Below are positions 13,713 to 26,560 of a stretch of 64,000 nucleotides of DNA, piece by piece. Within the stretch, counting starts at the first letter, position 1. The number at the start of each line of letters is the position of its first letter. The notes below the pieces were generated by a model, which saw only the letters and a program-made list of their open reading frames with translations, had not been told where the DNA came from and did not search any database. Source of the DNA: Octopus vulgaris (lineage: Eukaryota); contig OX597843.1 of the NCBI GenBank assembly GCA_951406725.2, positions 1,178,001 through 1,242,000 on the forward strand. The letters are read 5' to 3'. Both the position numbers and the translations under genes were made by a program.

Positions 13713-13985
13713 AGCGCCGCCTTGACTGGCTTCTGTGCCGGTGGAACCTAAAATGCACCAATTCGATTGTGGCCGTTGCCAGCCTCACCTGGCACTTGTG
13801 CCGGTGGCACGTAAAAAGCACCCACTACACTCACGGAGTGGTTGGCGTTAGGAAGGGCATCCAGCTGTAGAAACACCGCCAGATCAGACTGGAGTCTGGT
13901 GCAGCCTTCTGGCTTTCCAGATCCCCGGTTGAACCGTCCAACCCATGCAAGCATGGAGAATGGACGTTAAACGATGATGATGATG
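13713..13985 (+). mobile_element. Family D retro-element 3' end with (GAT)n tail
   Basis: ...ggcgttaggaagggcatccagctgtagaaac...ggacgttaaacgatgatgatg. More than 10 copies in the window. Confidence 0.85.
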
Positions 13986-14899
13986 TTGCCTGAAACAAAC
14001 AGTATATTAGATAAAGTGTATTAAATGGATGGTGAAAGTTTTTTGACTGAAGTAAAACAAGACAAACCAGGGACAGTGTTCATAAGAGTAATACTGAAGA
14101 GAAATAAGTGTGCAATAGTTAGCTCTTGAATGATGCAAAACTGAGAGAGATAGTGAAGAACAGTGATTTTAAATGTGGGTAAGTTAAAAAAAAAATGGAG
14201 CATGTGTGAACTGTTGGATTATGGGATATCAGAAGGGCACAAAAAAAAAGAGAGCAAGAGAGATTGTGTGTGTACGTACATGTTAAATGGCCTAAAAGTT
14301 TATAGTCCCTGTAATAATAATGCAGTACTTGTACTCTGCTATATATATTCTGGGTTTTATGGAGTAGGTGTATTGCAAGGTAATGTTATAGAAGTGTGCT
14401 GAATATGTAACAGAACAATTAAGATAAGATTAAAATAGGTAATAAGTGTGTATAACTCTAAGGGAGGTAGAAAGCATGAGCTTTGCCAGTGTTCAGCAAT
14501 GAGAAGATCAGAGGTGTGACAAGTTCTGGATTGGGAAGCTGTATGTCAGAATCGAGACTTTGTTGGGGAAAAGTTTGGAGGAAGTAATCAACACACACAT
14601 ACTCGTTAACAAATAAGTAAAAAGTGGTTTGGAAATGTTGTCACAGAAGGCTGAATGTGGAAAACTTGTGGGTGGAACATGTACAGCTACTTAAAGTGGA
14701 CAGTTATGTGATCAAAATGACCTTTAGATATGAAGAGAAGAAAAGTGGCTGGTCCTTCAGGCATAATAACTAAGAAGCTGAAAATATCTGGCAAAGCAAG
14801 TGTGAAGCTGGTCACCTACATATTCGACTATCCAATACATACAAGTATGACACTTAATGACTGCTACAAAGGCAAAGGAGATATTTTGTAACGAAGTAA

Positions 14900-16420
14900 T
14901 TAGAGAGGTATCAGACTGAAGGATCAGGTTATGAAAGTAACGGAAAGAGTATTAGCACAATTGATTAGGAGGAGAATTAGCTTAAATGAGATATGGTTGG
15001 GATTTGTGAGAAGTTGAACTCTATCTGATGGTGTTTTTATGCTAAGAAACTTTTAGCTAAGTGTAGCTTCTCTGCCTTCCATTTGTTAATCTGGAAATTG
15101 CAGCACCCTTTGACAGTGTACCACAATTTGTGGAGTGGTGATCTTTAAGAAAACTAGGTGTAGCTGGATGGCTTGTAAGGCTGGTGTGAGCCATGTACAA
15201 AGATACAGTCAATCGAGTGAGAGTGGCAACATGTTCAGCCAAGAATTAGCATTCAGGTAAGTATTCGCCAAGGTTTGGTTCTCAAGCTATAATAGGAATT
15301 TTCGAATCATCATCATCATCGTTTAACGTCCGCTTTCCATGCTAGCATGGGGTGGACGGTTCAACTGGGGTCTGGGAAGCCAGAAGGCTGCACCAGGCCC
15401 AGTCTGATTGGGCAGTGTTTCTACAGCTTGATGCCCTTCCTAACGTCAACCACTCCATGAGTGTAGTGGGTGCTTTTTACGTGCCACCGGCACAGGTGCC
15501 AGATGAAGCTGGCAATGGCCACGATCAGATGGTGCTTTGTACGTGCCACCGGCACGGAGGCCAGATAGGGCGGCGCTGGCTACGGCCACGTTCAGATGGT
15601 TCTCTTACGTGCCACCGGCACTGGTATCACAGCTACGAATTCCATTGATGTTGATCGATTATGATTTGATTTTGATTTTCACTTGCCTCAGTGGAGGTAA
15701 AATGTTGAATCAAGAAATTTCAGGATATACTTGAAGAGCAAAGTTTTAGTGAGGAATATGACTGCACTTTGATAAATGGTAAAGGTGTTGACAGGTACTC
15801 CTTATGACATTACATGATGTGAACTGTGAGTTCATAAGACGTGTAGAGGAATCACAGACAAGCTGATATAGATTTTGTATTTGGCAGATGTACAGGAGTA
15901 AATAACACTGGTAAAATAACTTCTCAATGCTTGGAAGGTTGTATAAAAGCAATTAGTAGCTTGTTATGTAGGTGACCTAAACATTTGTAGAGTCAAGTGC
16001 TCTGAAAGCATAGTAGCCACTTCTGTTGACAACAAGGGGAATGTTTGCCCGAACAAAGAGTACATTGTACATTGTGTACAGAGTGCAATACTGCACAGTA
16101 GTGAGATGTGGGCAGTGAAGACATGACGATGTGAAAAGGATGTAATGTAAGTAGGCATGAACAGTATGTTACAGATGAGCTGAGAGATAAACTTTAATAT
16201 GAATGGTATCAGATGTAATGTGCAAGATGTGTCTGCTTTGCTACAAACGAGCCTAGTGATGGTAAAAGAAGTGCCAGGAGATCCATATAAAAGTAAAATG
16301 TGGCACATGACACTGAAGAAGGCATGTGGCAGAATTGGAGAAAGCTAATATTGAGATATTGAACATGAGAAAGAATAGGAAAGACAGCACTAAGTGGAAA
16401 GAGATTATTTGGAAAGAACC
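14900..16420 (+). pseudogene. Decayed RTE-clade LINE reverse transcriptase, interrupted by an antisense family D copy
   Basis: Residual F(V)NLE..FDSVP, W*SLRKLGVAGWLVRLV*AMYKD and QVSIRQGLVL motifs at 15080-15290, with frameshifts and stops. Confidence 0.65.
15308..15690 (-). mobile_element. Family D element
   Basis: catcatcatcgtttaacgtccgctttccatgc... with internal repeated tacgtgccaccggcac modules. Confidence 0.85.
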
Positions 16421-17304
16421 CACCCAGTTCATGAAAGCAAGAAAAAGTGAACTTGGAGAGGATAAAAATGATGTGTGTTTGTGTCCGTACATTCTCATGT
16501 TTTATATTCATTTTTCTACGATAGTATTGTTTAGATGGATACATATTATCAAGGCTTTACGCTACAGCCAGATGTCCTTTATGTATATGCATAAAATGGG
16601 TGTGTTTGTGTGTATGTATGTCCTCATTCTATGTCTGCTTTCCATGCTGGTATGGGTTGGTGTATTTGATTCCAATGTCTTAAATTTCCCTTGGTTTCTA
16701 TGGTTGGGTGTCTTCTAACACCAAACACCTTTTGAGTGTACTGGGTACCTTTTCTGTGGCACCTGCCTAATTTGCAAAACTAAAGAATCTCTTTACTGAG
16801 AGGAAGACAAGAAGAGGTGGTGGTGAATTGAGGTAAGGTATTGAAAGCAAATATTGAGAAAATAAGTCCATGTGTATGGATTCGTATTTGGATATGCATG
16901 TCGATGCCTATACGGATGTGTAAGTGTGTATATGTAGGGATGTATATCTTTGTGTGTGTATGTGTGTAGACGTATATATGTTATGTATATATGTGTATGG
17001 GACAGGTGTATGTGTTTATATGTTTATAGATAAGTATATATGTCTATGTATGTGTTTGTATATATTTTTACATAGCATATTGGCATAGTTGTGGGTGAGC
17101 ATATATATATTTGCAAAAATGTACTTGTGTATATATAGGAGTATGTAAATATATATAAATGTATGTGCCTGTATATACTCTTGCATGTGTGCATATGTAT
17201 AGGTATATCCATGTGTACATATGCATGTATATGTGTGTGTATTTGTATGTCTGTATATATATATTAAATAAATAATTTTGTGTGTGTATATATAGATAAA
17301 TATA

Positions 17305-17328
<24 letters not shown>

Positions 17329-17347
<19 letters not shown>

Positions 17348-17438
17348 GTATGTCATCATCATCATCGTTTAACGTCCGTTTTCCATGCTGGACGTTAAAC
17401 GATGATGATGATGACATACATTTATATATATATATATA
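17329..17438. repeat. Fold-back palindrome (~49-bp arms, 12-nt loop) made from a family D tail plus its flank
   Basis: (ta)n aaatgtatgtcatcatcatcatcgtttaacgtcc-gttttccatgct-ggacgttaaacgatgatgatgatgacatacattt (at)n. Confidence 0.9.
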
Positions 17439-18225
17439 TGTATAAATAAATGTGTGCGTGTATATATATATAAATGTATGTATGTAGTCAGTTTTCATTT
17501 GACATTATTTTCTTTAAAGCAAACCGATTTTACAACTTAGTGATATAAACGTGTTCCTTTCATCCAGTGTATTCCCATAATACATTGTTACTTACAAAAA
17601 ACATCAAAGTATTAGTTAAAGGCTGAAAAGACTTCTTAAGTGAAACATTGAAATATATGTGTCATTTGATATCATCTCTAGATGACCAGTAGAAAAAGAA
17701 ATTGTTGCTAGAAAACGAAAAATGATGTGCTCTGCATGTCTCAGGATGATCAAATTAATTTGTGTATTTTAATTACAACTCTGTGCCTTAAGTTTCTTTG
17801 TTTTAATTCATGTTTTGAGTATCATCATATCTGAAAAGTTACATTTCTATGAAGTAGGTGGTAGATATATGAAGATTGTGTCTTAGATGACATTTGTGAT
17901 TGCAAAAGAAATGTAACGTTATCCATCATTAATTATCTTTTAATGAACTGAAAATGCAACAAATTAAAAAAAAAAATTCTGTTTGGGAGTCTCTATGCTG
18001 TGAATATTTACAGTACTTGGTTTTGTGTTATTTCATATTTATATTACGAAATGATGTTGAGGACTGTGTGTGTATATATATATTCATTATAAAACGTATG
18101 TATGTGCTTTTACATTTGGATATATACAGAGGTGTGTTTGTATTTTTAGATGTACCTACACAAAGACTTTTAGATACATCTGTGTGTAAAAATATTTATA
18201 TATGCGTATATATATTTATATATAT

Positions 18226-18480
18226 AGGCTCTGTGGTAAGTAGCTCGCTTACAAACCACATGGTTCCGGGTTCAGTCCCACTGCGTGGCACCTTGGGCAA
18301 GTGTCTTCTACTATAGCCTCGGGCCAACCAAAGCCTTGTGAGTGGATCTGGTAGACGGAAACTGAAAGAAGCCTGTCGTATATATACTAGGCTTACAAAG
18401 AATCCCTGGGGTCGATTTGCTCGACTAAAGGCGGTGCTCCAGCATGGCCACATTCAAATGACTGAAACAAGTAAAAGAGT
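18226..18480 (+). mobile_element. Family B SINE, internally deleted
   Basis: Head and tail match 7304-7688; the middle segment is missing. Confidence 0.85.
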
Positions 18481-18559
18481 ATGCCTATATATTTGTGTGT
18501 ATAAGTAAACATGTGGATATAGATGTGTAAATATGAGTGTGTGTATATATATGCACCAC

Positions 18560-19360
18560 CTCTCCTTGCCCTTAAAAAAGACAAGCACCTTGGAAATCTA
18601 GAAAGATGCACAGAACCCAGCCCCACACAACCAAGCACTTTTAAATGTGCCTTCTGATGATGCAATCTGTCCCTATATTAAAAATACTACCACTCACTGA
18701 ACCCCAAGACATAATATGATGTTATTCAGAACTTCTGTTGCTCAAAGTCATGTATACTGCATCACTTTGTATGCTGCATCATATAAAAACTTAGCAATGC
18801 CCTTTTCTTTGGGAAAACAGGCTGACACCTTGATGATCATTTTCAGGAGCACATGTATACCAGGCCAACCTGCCCCTAACACTACAGGCCATTCTATTGC
18901 TCACTTATCATTGTGTAACTTCGCTGCACATCATGGATCCTTATTCTCAAGGAACTGGAGGGAACATTACATATTCAAGTTTGTCATTGACAGCTTTAAA
19001 TGAACACCTTTCCTTCTAGTCTTATACCTCATTAAACCCTTTCTTATCCTTCAACTCTGCTCTCATGCCATCTTTTCCCTTCACCCCATTCCAAACTTCT
19101 TTTTCCAATAATCTTTCCTCATGCATTCTCACACTGTTCCTCCTACCACTTCTGTGTGAAACTCATGTGTGAAACTCATGTGGTCCTACATTCCTTATTA
19201 GTTGCAGCCCTTCTTTCTCTTTTTTAACTTGGAGTGTGTAAATCTCTGCCGTTTCACTTCTTTCTCCCCTTTCAAATTTTCCTTAAAGAAGGACTCTGTC
19301 CAAAACATTGGATTTTCCACTTGTAGCAAGCTCTTGTGCTTTTTATTCATTTTACTACAT
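18560..19360 (+). mobile_element. Penelope-like element remnant (GIY-YIG endonuclease fossil plus dead hammerhead)
   Basis: HVYCI at ~18750; GKTG*HLDDHFQEH at ~18811-18852 (cf. GETGRRLxDRFxEH). Pyrimidine-rich 3' region, then tcc-ttaaaga-a-ggac-tct-gtcc-aaaacatt-gga at 19280-19312. Confidence 0.6.
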
Positions 19361-19610
19361 TATGTGTGTGAGTGTGCATGTGTGTATATATATATATATA
19401 TGTACTTATTTATGTTTATATGTGCAAGTGTGTGTATATGCATGTGTTTATGTAGGCATAAATGCATACATAAGTATCCATGTTTGCACGTATATATAAA
19501 GAGCACACCTACATTGCTTCTGATTGCTTTTTATATTTTTAAAAAGGAAAGTCAGTCAGAAATAATGTACCTGTCCTTTATATGCACATATGAAGTCTTT
19601 GAGATGAAAT

Positions 19611-19810
19611 CATCATCATCAACATCGTTTAACGTCCGCTTTCCATACTGGCATGGGTTGGCCGATTTTGACTGAGGACTGGCGAACCAGATGGTTGCAC
19701 CAGGCTCCAATCTTGATCTGGCAGAGTTTCTACAGCTGGATGCCCTTCCTAATGCCAACCACTCTGAGAGTGTAGTGGGTGCTTTTTCACATACCACCAG
19801 TACGTAAAAA
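19611..19810 (-). mobile_element. Family D element
   Basis: Same (CAT)n/gtttaacgtccgctttccat terminus. Confidence 0.8.
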
Positions 19811-21472
19811 TGTTTCTTGAATCCTTTTTTCTTGTTTTTTTTTTGTGTTTTCTTGCCTTTGTCTCTGCTTGAAAATGGGGTCATCACATTTTCTCATCAA
19901 TGGTTGAGAGGTTGTCTCTGACAAGTAATTGAAATCATGTGGCAAGTGAAAATTATTAACCAAAATGAAGTTAAAGAATTTTGGCCCGAGAAATATTTAC
20001 ATGCATAGCATGTATATCTATATGCATGTGTTTGTGTATGTGCAACAGCAAAAATATCGAGAATAATGTCCACTTGTGAACTTCTGTAGTTTTCCATATG
20101 TTTTTGCAGTTGTGATTTCTCATGCAACAGCAAGACACCACCCAGCCGTCTCGGCTCTGGAAGAGGTTCCTTAAAACATCTCAGTTCTTTCTCAAAAGTC
20201 CTTGGAGAAGGCAACTACCATCGGCACAATGACTAGGCATTTTGGACAGTTGTCAAGAATTTAGCCATCAGTAGCCAATTAATACCAGCTTGCCTTAAAG
20301 AAGCCAGAGTTGTCAATACTGGAGAGAAACCGTATCATCATCTTCAGCATTTAATGTCCATTTTTCCATGGGTTTGATGCAATTTATTGAGGCAAATTTT
20401 CTACAGCCCAATACCCTTCCTGTCACTAGCATTTACCTGCTTCCAAGCAAAGTAGTATTTACCCATGACCAGAGATGTATTTTTATGGAAGACTGGAAAT
20501 GACAATTATCACATAGTGGTGTTTATACACGGGTACACTCTTACAAATATATATGGCCAACTTCTTTCAGTTTCTGTTTACCAAACCCTTTCACAAGGCT
20601 GCAGTTGGCCTGGGACTATAGTAGAAGACTCTTGCCTGCACAGTGCAGTGGTACTAAATCCCAGACAACATGATTTGGAAACAAGTTTTTTAACTTGGCT
20701 ATGGTTGTACCTACACACACACACAAAATGGGACCAAGAGAAAATATAAATGATAGCTTGCCATTAGAAATTAGAATTTGAAATTTCTGTAGAAATTGCA
20801 AAAAATAAAGTTGGCCAACTAGAATCTTATCAACGTGTGTTACAATAACTATTCAGAATTTTGCAAATGATGTTGGTAAATGCAAAAAAATGAATTTCAT
20901 TCAGAATTTACATAAAGTAAGAAATCATTCTAGAACTTACAATACCTTGGGAAGAGTAAATTGACCAAGTCAGTGACTTGAACCATGCAGTTAACTGGGG
21001 AAGAATTGCCAGGTCAGAGACAGGAAGGCATTATGAGTCTATGGAGGTGGACTGGAGCGAATTGGTTGAACACTCACTCTCTTTGACTAGGGGTGGTAAA
21101 GATGACCATTCAGTCTGCATATGAAATGGTTGAGGATACCACCTATATTGGTGGCTTTGGATGAAGAGAGATTGATCTATGGAGTGATGGTGCTAGGATA
21201 AAAGGTTGGGATCTGTTGAATCTTTGCTAAGCTGCCTGGGTGAGGGGGTCTCATGTTGAAAGACTTGAAACACCTAATGACCCTTTATGAGGTGTTACAG
21301 CTCGTCCAAGAAATGAATCTTGCACATATGTGTATATGTATGTATGTATGTATGTATATATCTACATGTATGTGTTATGTCTGTGTATATTATAACGTGT
21401 ATGTGTTTGAGTATATATAATTGTGTATATGTTTGTATATATGAATATTATGTGTGTCTATATACACACATA

Positions 21473-21843
21473 GCTTTCCATAGCTATGGAAAGGTCAATG
21501 CTTGGTATCTTGTTTAGAGAGCACATAAGTAGCAAGATCATCAGAAAGAAGTCCGTCGTGAGAGATGTCATCGCAGAGTATACACGCAGCAAGTATAGAT
21601 GGGCTGGACACGTCACCCGGCTCACCGATAATCGGTGGACGCGTGCAGTTGTCGAGTGGTACCCGCGTGAGCGGAAAAGACCACCCGGAAGACCTCCACA
21701 GCGGTGGAGTTACGATTTCAGGAGGACGATTGGGATCACGTGGATGAGAAAGGCGCGATCCAGAGAGGAGTGGACAGCGTGCTGTGACCAGCGGTGTCAA
21801 ATGGATGCCTGACGGACTGGTCGGTCAAAGTGATCAAGGTGAT
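21473..21843 (+). mobile_element. 5'-truncated young RTE LINE (intact ORF2 C-terminus at 21486-21812)
   Basis: MERSMLG...KYRWAGHVTRLTDNRWTRAVVEWYPRERKRPPGRPPQRW is a typical RTE C-terminus. Tail gtgatcaaggtgat; 13-bp TSD atatacacacata (21460-21472 / 21842-21854). Confidence 0.9.
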
Positions 21844-22375
21844 ATACACACATACATTGTTGTGTGAGTAATATAATATATATACACAACATTTGTAATG
21901 TTTATGTGGGTGTGTATACATATACACACGCGTGGACAGCGTGCTGTGACCAGCGGTGTCAAATGGACGCCTGACGGACTGGTCGGTCAAGGTGATCAAG
22001 GTGATATACACACATACATTTTTGTGTGAGTAATATAATATATATACACAACACTTGTAATGTTTATGTGGGTGTGTATACATATACACACGCGTGGACA
22101 GCGTGCTGTGACCAGCGGTGTCAAATAGACGCCTGACGGACTGGTCGGTCAAGGTGATCAAGGTGATATACACACATACATTTTTGTGTGAGTAATATAA
22201 TATATATACACAACATTTGTAATGTTTATGTGGGTGTGTATACATATACACACGCGTGGACAGCGTGCTGTGACCAGCGGTGTCAAATGGATGCCTGACG
22301 GACTGGTCGGTCAAGGTGATCAAGGTGATATACACACATACATTGTTGTGTGAGTAATATAATATATATACACAC
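21770..22375 (+). repeat. Tandem repeat, 162-bp unit x ~3.7 (LINE 3' end plus flank)
   Basis: gtggacagcgtgctgtgacc recurs at 21770, 21932, 22094 and 22256. Confidence 0.95.
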
Positions 22376-24730
22376 ACACGCACACATGTATCCACATATA
22401 CACACATTGTGTTATATTGTGTGTTACATATAATACTTGTAGGTATAATGGAGTTTGATGTGCAGTGCCTGTTCTGTCAGGATTTGTGTGAATGTGTGGT
22501 GAAGCTAGACTGTGGCAAATATAGGTCATGTGTTTCGTTTTTCTTCTTCTTCTTCTTCACAGAGACTATCAGCATATTGAATATTATGCTACTGCTGCTG
22601 ATTGCTGGCCCACAAACCTCGGGAGCTGCATGAAGCAGATGGTATAGGATAAAGGATATAGGATAAAGAACCTAATTCTCACAAGAACTATTGTTATGTC
22701 CTTTTGTTTAGCGAGAATGTGCCAACGCGCACACACATACAAATGTGAACAACATATTAGCAAATATCTAATAGTATTTCTAGTATTTATGACTCCTGCT
22801 TCTTGAGATATTATCTTATTACCGAATTAGATAAAAATAAAAGAAAAACATTAGTTATAAGAATATATAAATAATAGTTGAACTGAAAGTATCTTTGATA
22901 TGTTTTGAGGTTTTTTTTTGGAGGGGGGGAATTTTTAAGGTTTTTAGATGGCTATTTCAGATGATCATGATGGGACATCTTTTAATGAGACACTATATAT
23001 AAGATGGTGTTTGGGATGTAGAAAACAAATATATATGCTTGTATGTTTAGGTGATGTTTAGAATATGAAGAACAAATATATAGGTATATTATAATGGTAC
23101 TTGGAACATATAGGACTTTATAGGTGTATTAAGATGGTGTGTGATGCATAACAGCAAAGGATAAATATATATTGGTATCTTAAAATGACATGTGGAACAT
23201 AATTTAATGAAAGCTCTCTAAGTGACCATCACAATGGAAAGTTTTTATTGCAATGAACCATTGTGTGAAATTCTGAAACAGTCTGAGAATTTTTAAACTT
23301 TGAACACGTAATCTAAACAAAAAACAATACCCCCTGTTTATTTTGGTATCTGGTGATGAATGCTGATTGAGCAATTCTAGATATTAACATCAAGATCAAT
23401 GAAACATTTAAATATATGGAAGTTTAAAATCAGATTACATATAATATGCACTGGCATGCATGTACACACACACACAAACACACAGATCAATCCTTATATG
23501 TTATAAACTGAGTTTTTTCTACTTTTAATCACTTCTAATGTGAATAACTTTGTTACATATTTCTAATGAAATATATAATTTTTTTTTTCTTTTTAAAACT
23601 AATTTTGACGAAAATCAAGGATTTGGAGGGATTAACTAACTATTGTATGATTAAGGTGGTGTTTGGTCCATTATCAAAAGATTTATACATGAAAGTATAA
23701 TGGAAATATGAACAAGAAGTTTTGTATGATGGAATGAGAGGCAGTTTGAGGTAGGCTGCTATCAAAATGTGTGTTAAGTAATTATTATATAGGTATAAAT
23801 TCAGCATATATTATGAAAGGAAATTAGAGGAATTGATTAGATCATAAAATAGGAGCCAGTGAAGTGTGAGTGAGGTTTTAAGTCAGTTGTAATGCTTTGT
23901 AAATCTTGGATATGTTAAGGACATTTGGGGTTTTATTTATTTATTTGGGTTTTTTATTTAAACTTTGCTCATGACCATTTGAACCTGTTGCTTTATTTTT
24001 TTTTTGTACATATGTTCAGTAAATATTTCATTTTTATTTTTTAAATATTAAAAAGTAAAGGCTAAAATATGTAAGACTTTCAATTATATATTTTTATAAC
24101 AAATATATTTATATTCATAACAAATATAATATGAGAATTTTTATCATTTTTAGACTTTCTCCTCTACCACTTCCACCTGGGTGGCACTAAAGTTAAACAC
24201 ATATACTACAACAACAATGTTAAGCAAACAAATAAAAGGAAATAGAAAACAAACATGCAAAAAAAAAAATAAAAAAACTAAAAAAATTTTCCTAAATAAA
24301 ACAAAGCAGAATGGCTGCTTTGTTGAGGCCATGGAACAATGTGACTTCTACTGACAAGTTGTGAGAAGAAAATGCCAATAATTTTTGATTTAAAAAAAAA
24401 GAAAAAGAATTCTTTTTATTATGGAGAAATTCACCAAGATGTGTATAGGTGTGGTTTTGTACAACTGCTTTTTTTCCCCCCTTTAAAAAGAAAATATAAC
24501 TCACGATCTGTGAGTGTGTGTGTTTTGATGTGCGTGTTTCTTTAAAAAAATGTTTGTATGAACTGGTCAGATCTACATACATTACTTACAGGACATCATT
24601 GATGATAAATGTGTGTACATTACCCATGGAGAAGATTATTTTACAAATATATATATAGGGTGGCGAATACTCGTTATAAATATCCCACCAGTGGCCCAGC
24701 ATGTATAAAAAAGTCAATAGACAACATATT

Positions 24731-24960
24731 CATATTTCAAAATAGAAAATTACCCTTTACCAGATAATTTTTACATGCTAGAAATAGCTGTCAACACGGC
24801 CAAAAACCACAATTTTACCTTGTTAAATAACAAGGTAAAGGTTTTTATTTTTCATCTACTTCGAAATTTGCTATAGAATTGTGGTCTTTGGCCATGTTGG
24901 CTGCTATTTCTAGCATGTAAAAATTACCTGTTAAAGGGTAATTTTCTATTTTGAAATATA
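24731..24960. repeat. Imperfect inverted repeat (~85-bp arms) between (TA)n tracts
   Basis: tttcaaaatagaaaattacccttt...acatgctagaaatagc...ccacaatt versus aattgtgg...gctatttctagcatgt...aaagggtaattttctattttgaaa. Confidence 0.8.
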
Positions 24961-25182
24961 TATATATAAGCATTCACTATCTCCTTTGGGAGCATCTTGA
25001 AATAGAACTTGATCGTGTGTGTGTGTAAAGATGAAATATGCAGAAGCTGCATGTATTCTTTTTCATATCTGAAGCTTTTTTAGTTGTAACATTAAATCAT
25101 TAACATTGCCACAGTTGCTATGTCTGTTTGACTATTAGAACTGACAGAGCACCCAGTCAGCATTATTGTTGCCGCCTGAGTT

Positions 25183-25480
25183 CATCATCATCATCATCGT
25201 TTAGCGTCCGCTTTCCATGCTAGCATGGGTTGGACGGTTCAACTGGAGTCTGGGAAGCCAGAAGGCTGCACCAGGCCCAGTCTTATCTGGCAGTGTTTCT
25301 ACTGCTGGATGCCCTTCCTAACGCCAATCACTCCGTGAGTGTAGTGGGTGCTTTTTACATGCCACCGGCACAGGTGCCAGACGAGGCTGGCAAAACGACC
25401 ATGCTCGGATGGAGCTTTTTACGTGCCACCGGCACGGAGGCGAGGCGAGGCTGGCAATGGCCACGATCGGATGGTGTTTT
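25183..25480 (-). mobile_element. Family D element
   Basis: Near-identical to 15308 and 54210. Confidence 0.85.
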
Positions 25481-25949
25481 TAGTAATCTGAAGTGACTTG
25501 TCTAAAGGGACATGTGCCTTCCTGATTGGGAATCGAACCCATGGCCTTATGATCAATAACATAGTAACCTAACCATAGGCTCTATTCCTTATTTCTGTGT
25601 ATGTAATTTATAGATTTGAAAATTCTTAATCCTTAACATTATATATCTAAAAATTCTTAATCCTTAATATTGTGTATGTGTGAGCATGTACGTGTGTGTG
25701 TGTGTGTGTGTGCATGCACCCCCACCCCTACCCACACTCATGTACATGCATATACAGATTTTCTTATGGTTGTCCATTGAATTGAATGATGATTATCTTT
25801 TTGATTTGTGTGTCCTTCAGTGACTGTACAACCCAGTCTTTGATACATAGTTTTGATTACAAGTCTCACTTGTAAATGTTTGATTGGAAATGCTTCTTGT
25901 TGTTAAAGGCATTTCTCTTCCATATTCTTCAGTCTCCCACCAGCAGTAG

Positions 25950-26560
25950 AACCACCAGAGTGGACATTAAGTCATGGTCTTCTTTGTAATGGCTGTTGTT
26001 TCTCAGCCAATCTTTGAATCACTTTGTTGGTTGTATAGCCAAGTACTAACTATGATGTAGCTGGCAGTGGAGGTTCTTACTAGGGAACTGTAAGTTGAAC
26101 ATGATCCACTACATGTTCTAACCATATTCGTTGGTGCCTGTGTGATGTGGATTCTTGATTGCTGTTGGTTTGATGGTGGCTGTGTTTGTACATACAATGT
26201 GCCAGTTATCTGAAAGGATCTTCTGGAGACACTTGATGTTAAAGGCCTCTGGATTGTGGTCCATGTCTTGTACCCAAACTGAAAACTGCAATACACATTG
26301 TCTAGTAGATGAGAGCATTGATCAAGAGTCTGAGATGGTTGTTTTGAATGACTTGCTGAGCCTTTGAAATGATTCAGATGACCTCAGCTAAGGGCATTAC
26401 ATTATCTGTCAGGCCCTAGCTGCTGTGATGATGGTTTGTCAGTCTGCAAAAGTATGAACTACCAGAATTCAGTCTTCAGAATACTTCAAGGCAATGATCT
26501 ATTCAGGTTTGAGTTTGATGGTGACCTGCAGTGATCTAATGTTGAAAAGGTTTCCATTTA
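25950..26560 (-). pseudogene. Decayed LINE RT C-terminal remnant
   Basis: FGYKTWT...[12 protein letters not shown] motif on the minus strand. Confidence 0.45.

Noticed and set aside
15352-15648. Recurrent MDGSTGVWEARRLHQAQSD ORFs (also 25230, 45752, 47861, 54141)
   Set aside because: Antisense translations of the family D repeat, not a gene family.
21736-22407. 223-aa minus-strand ORF with 54-aa repeats; the array also looks superficially CRISPR-like
   Set aside because: Artefact of a 162-bp (multiple of 3) tandem repeat. The 'spacers' are identical, there are no cas genes, and the context is eukaryotic.
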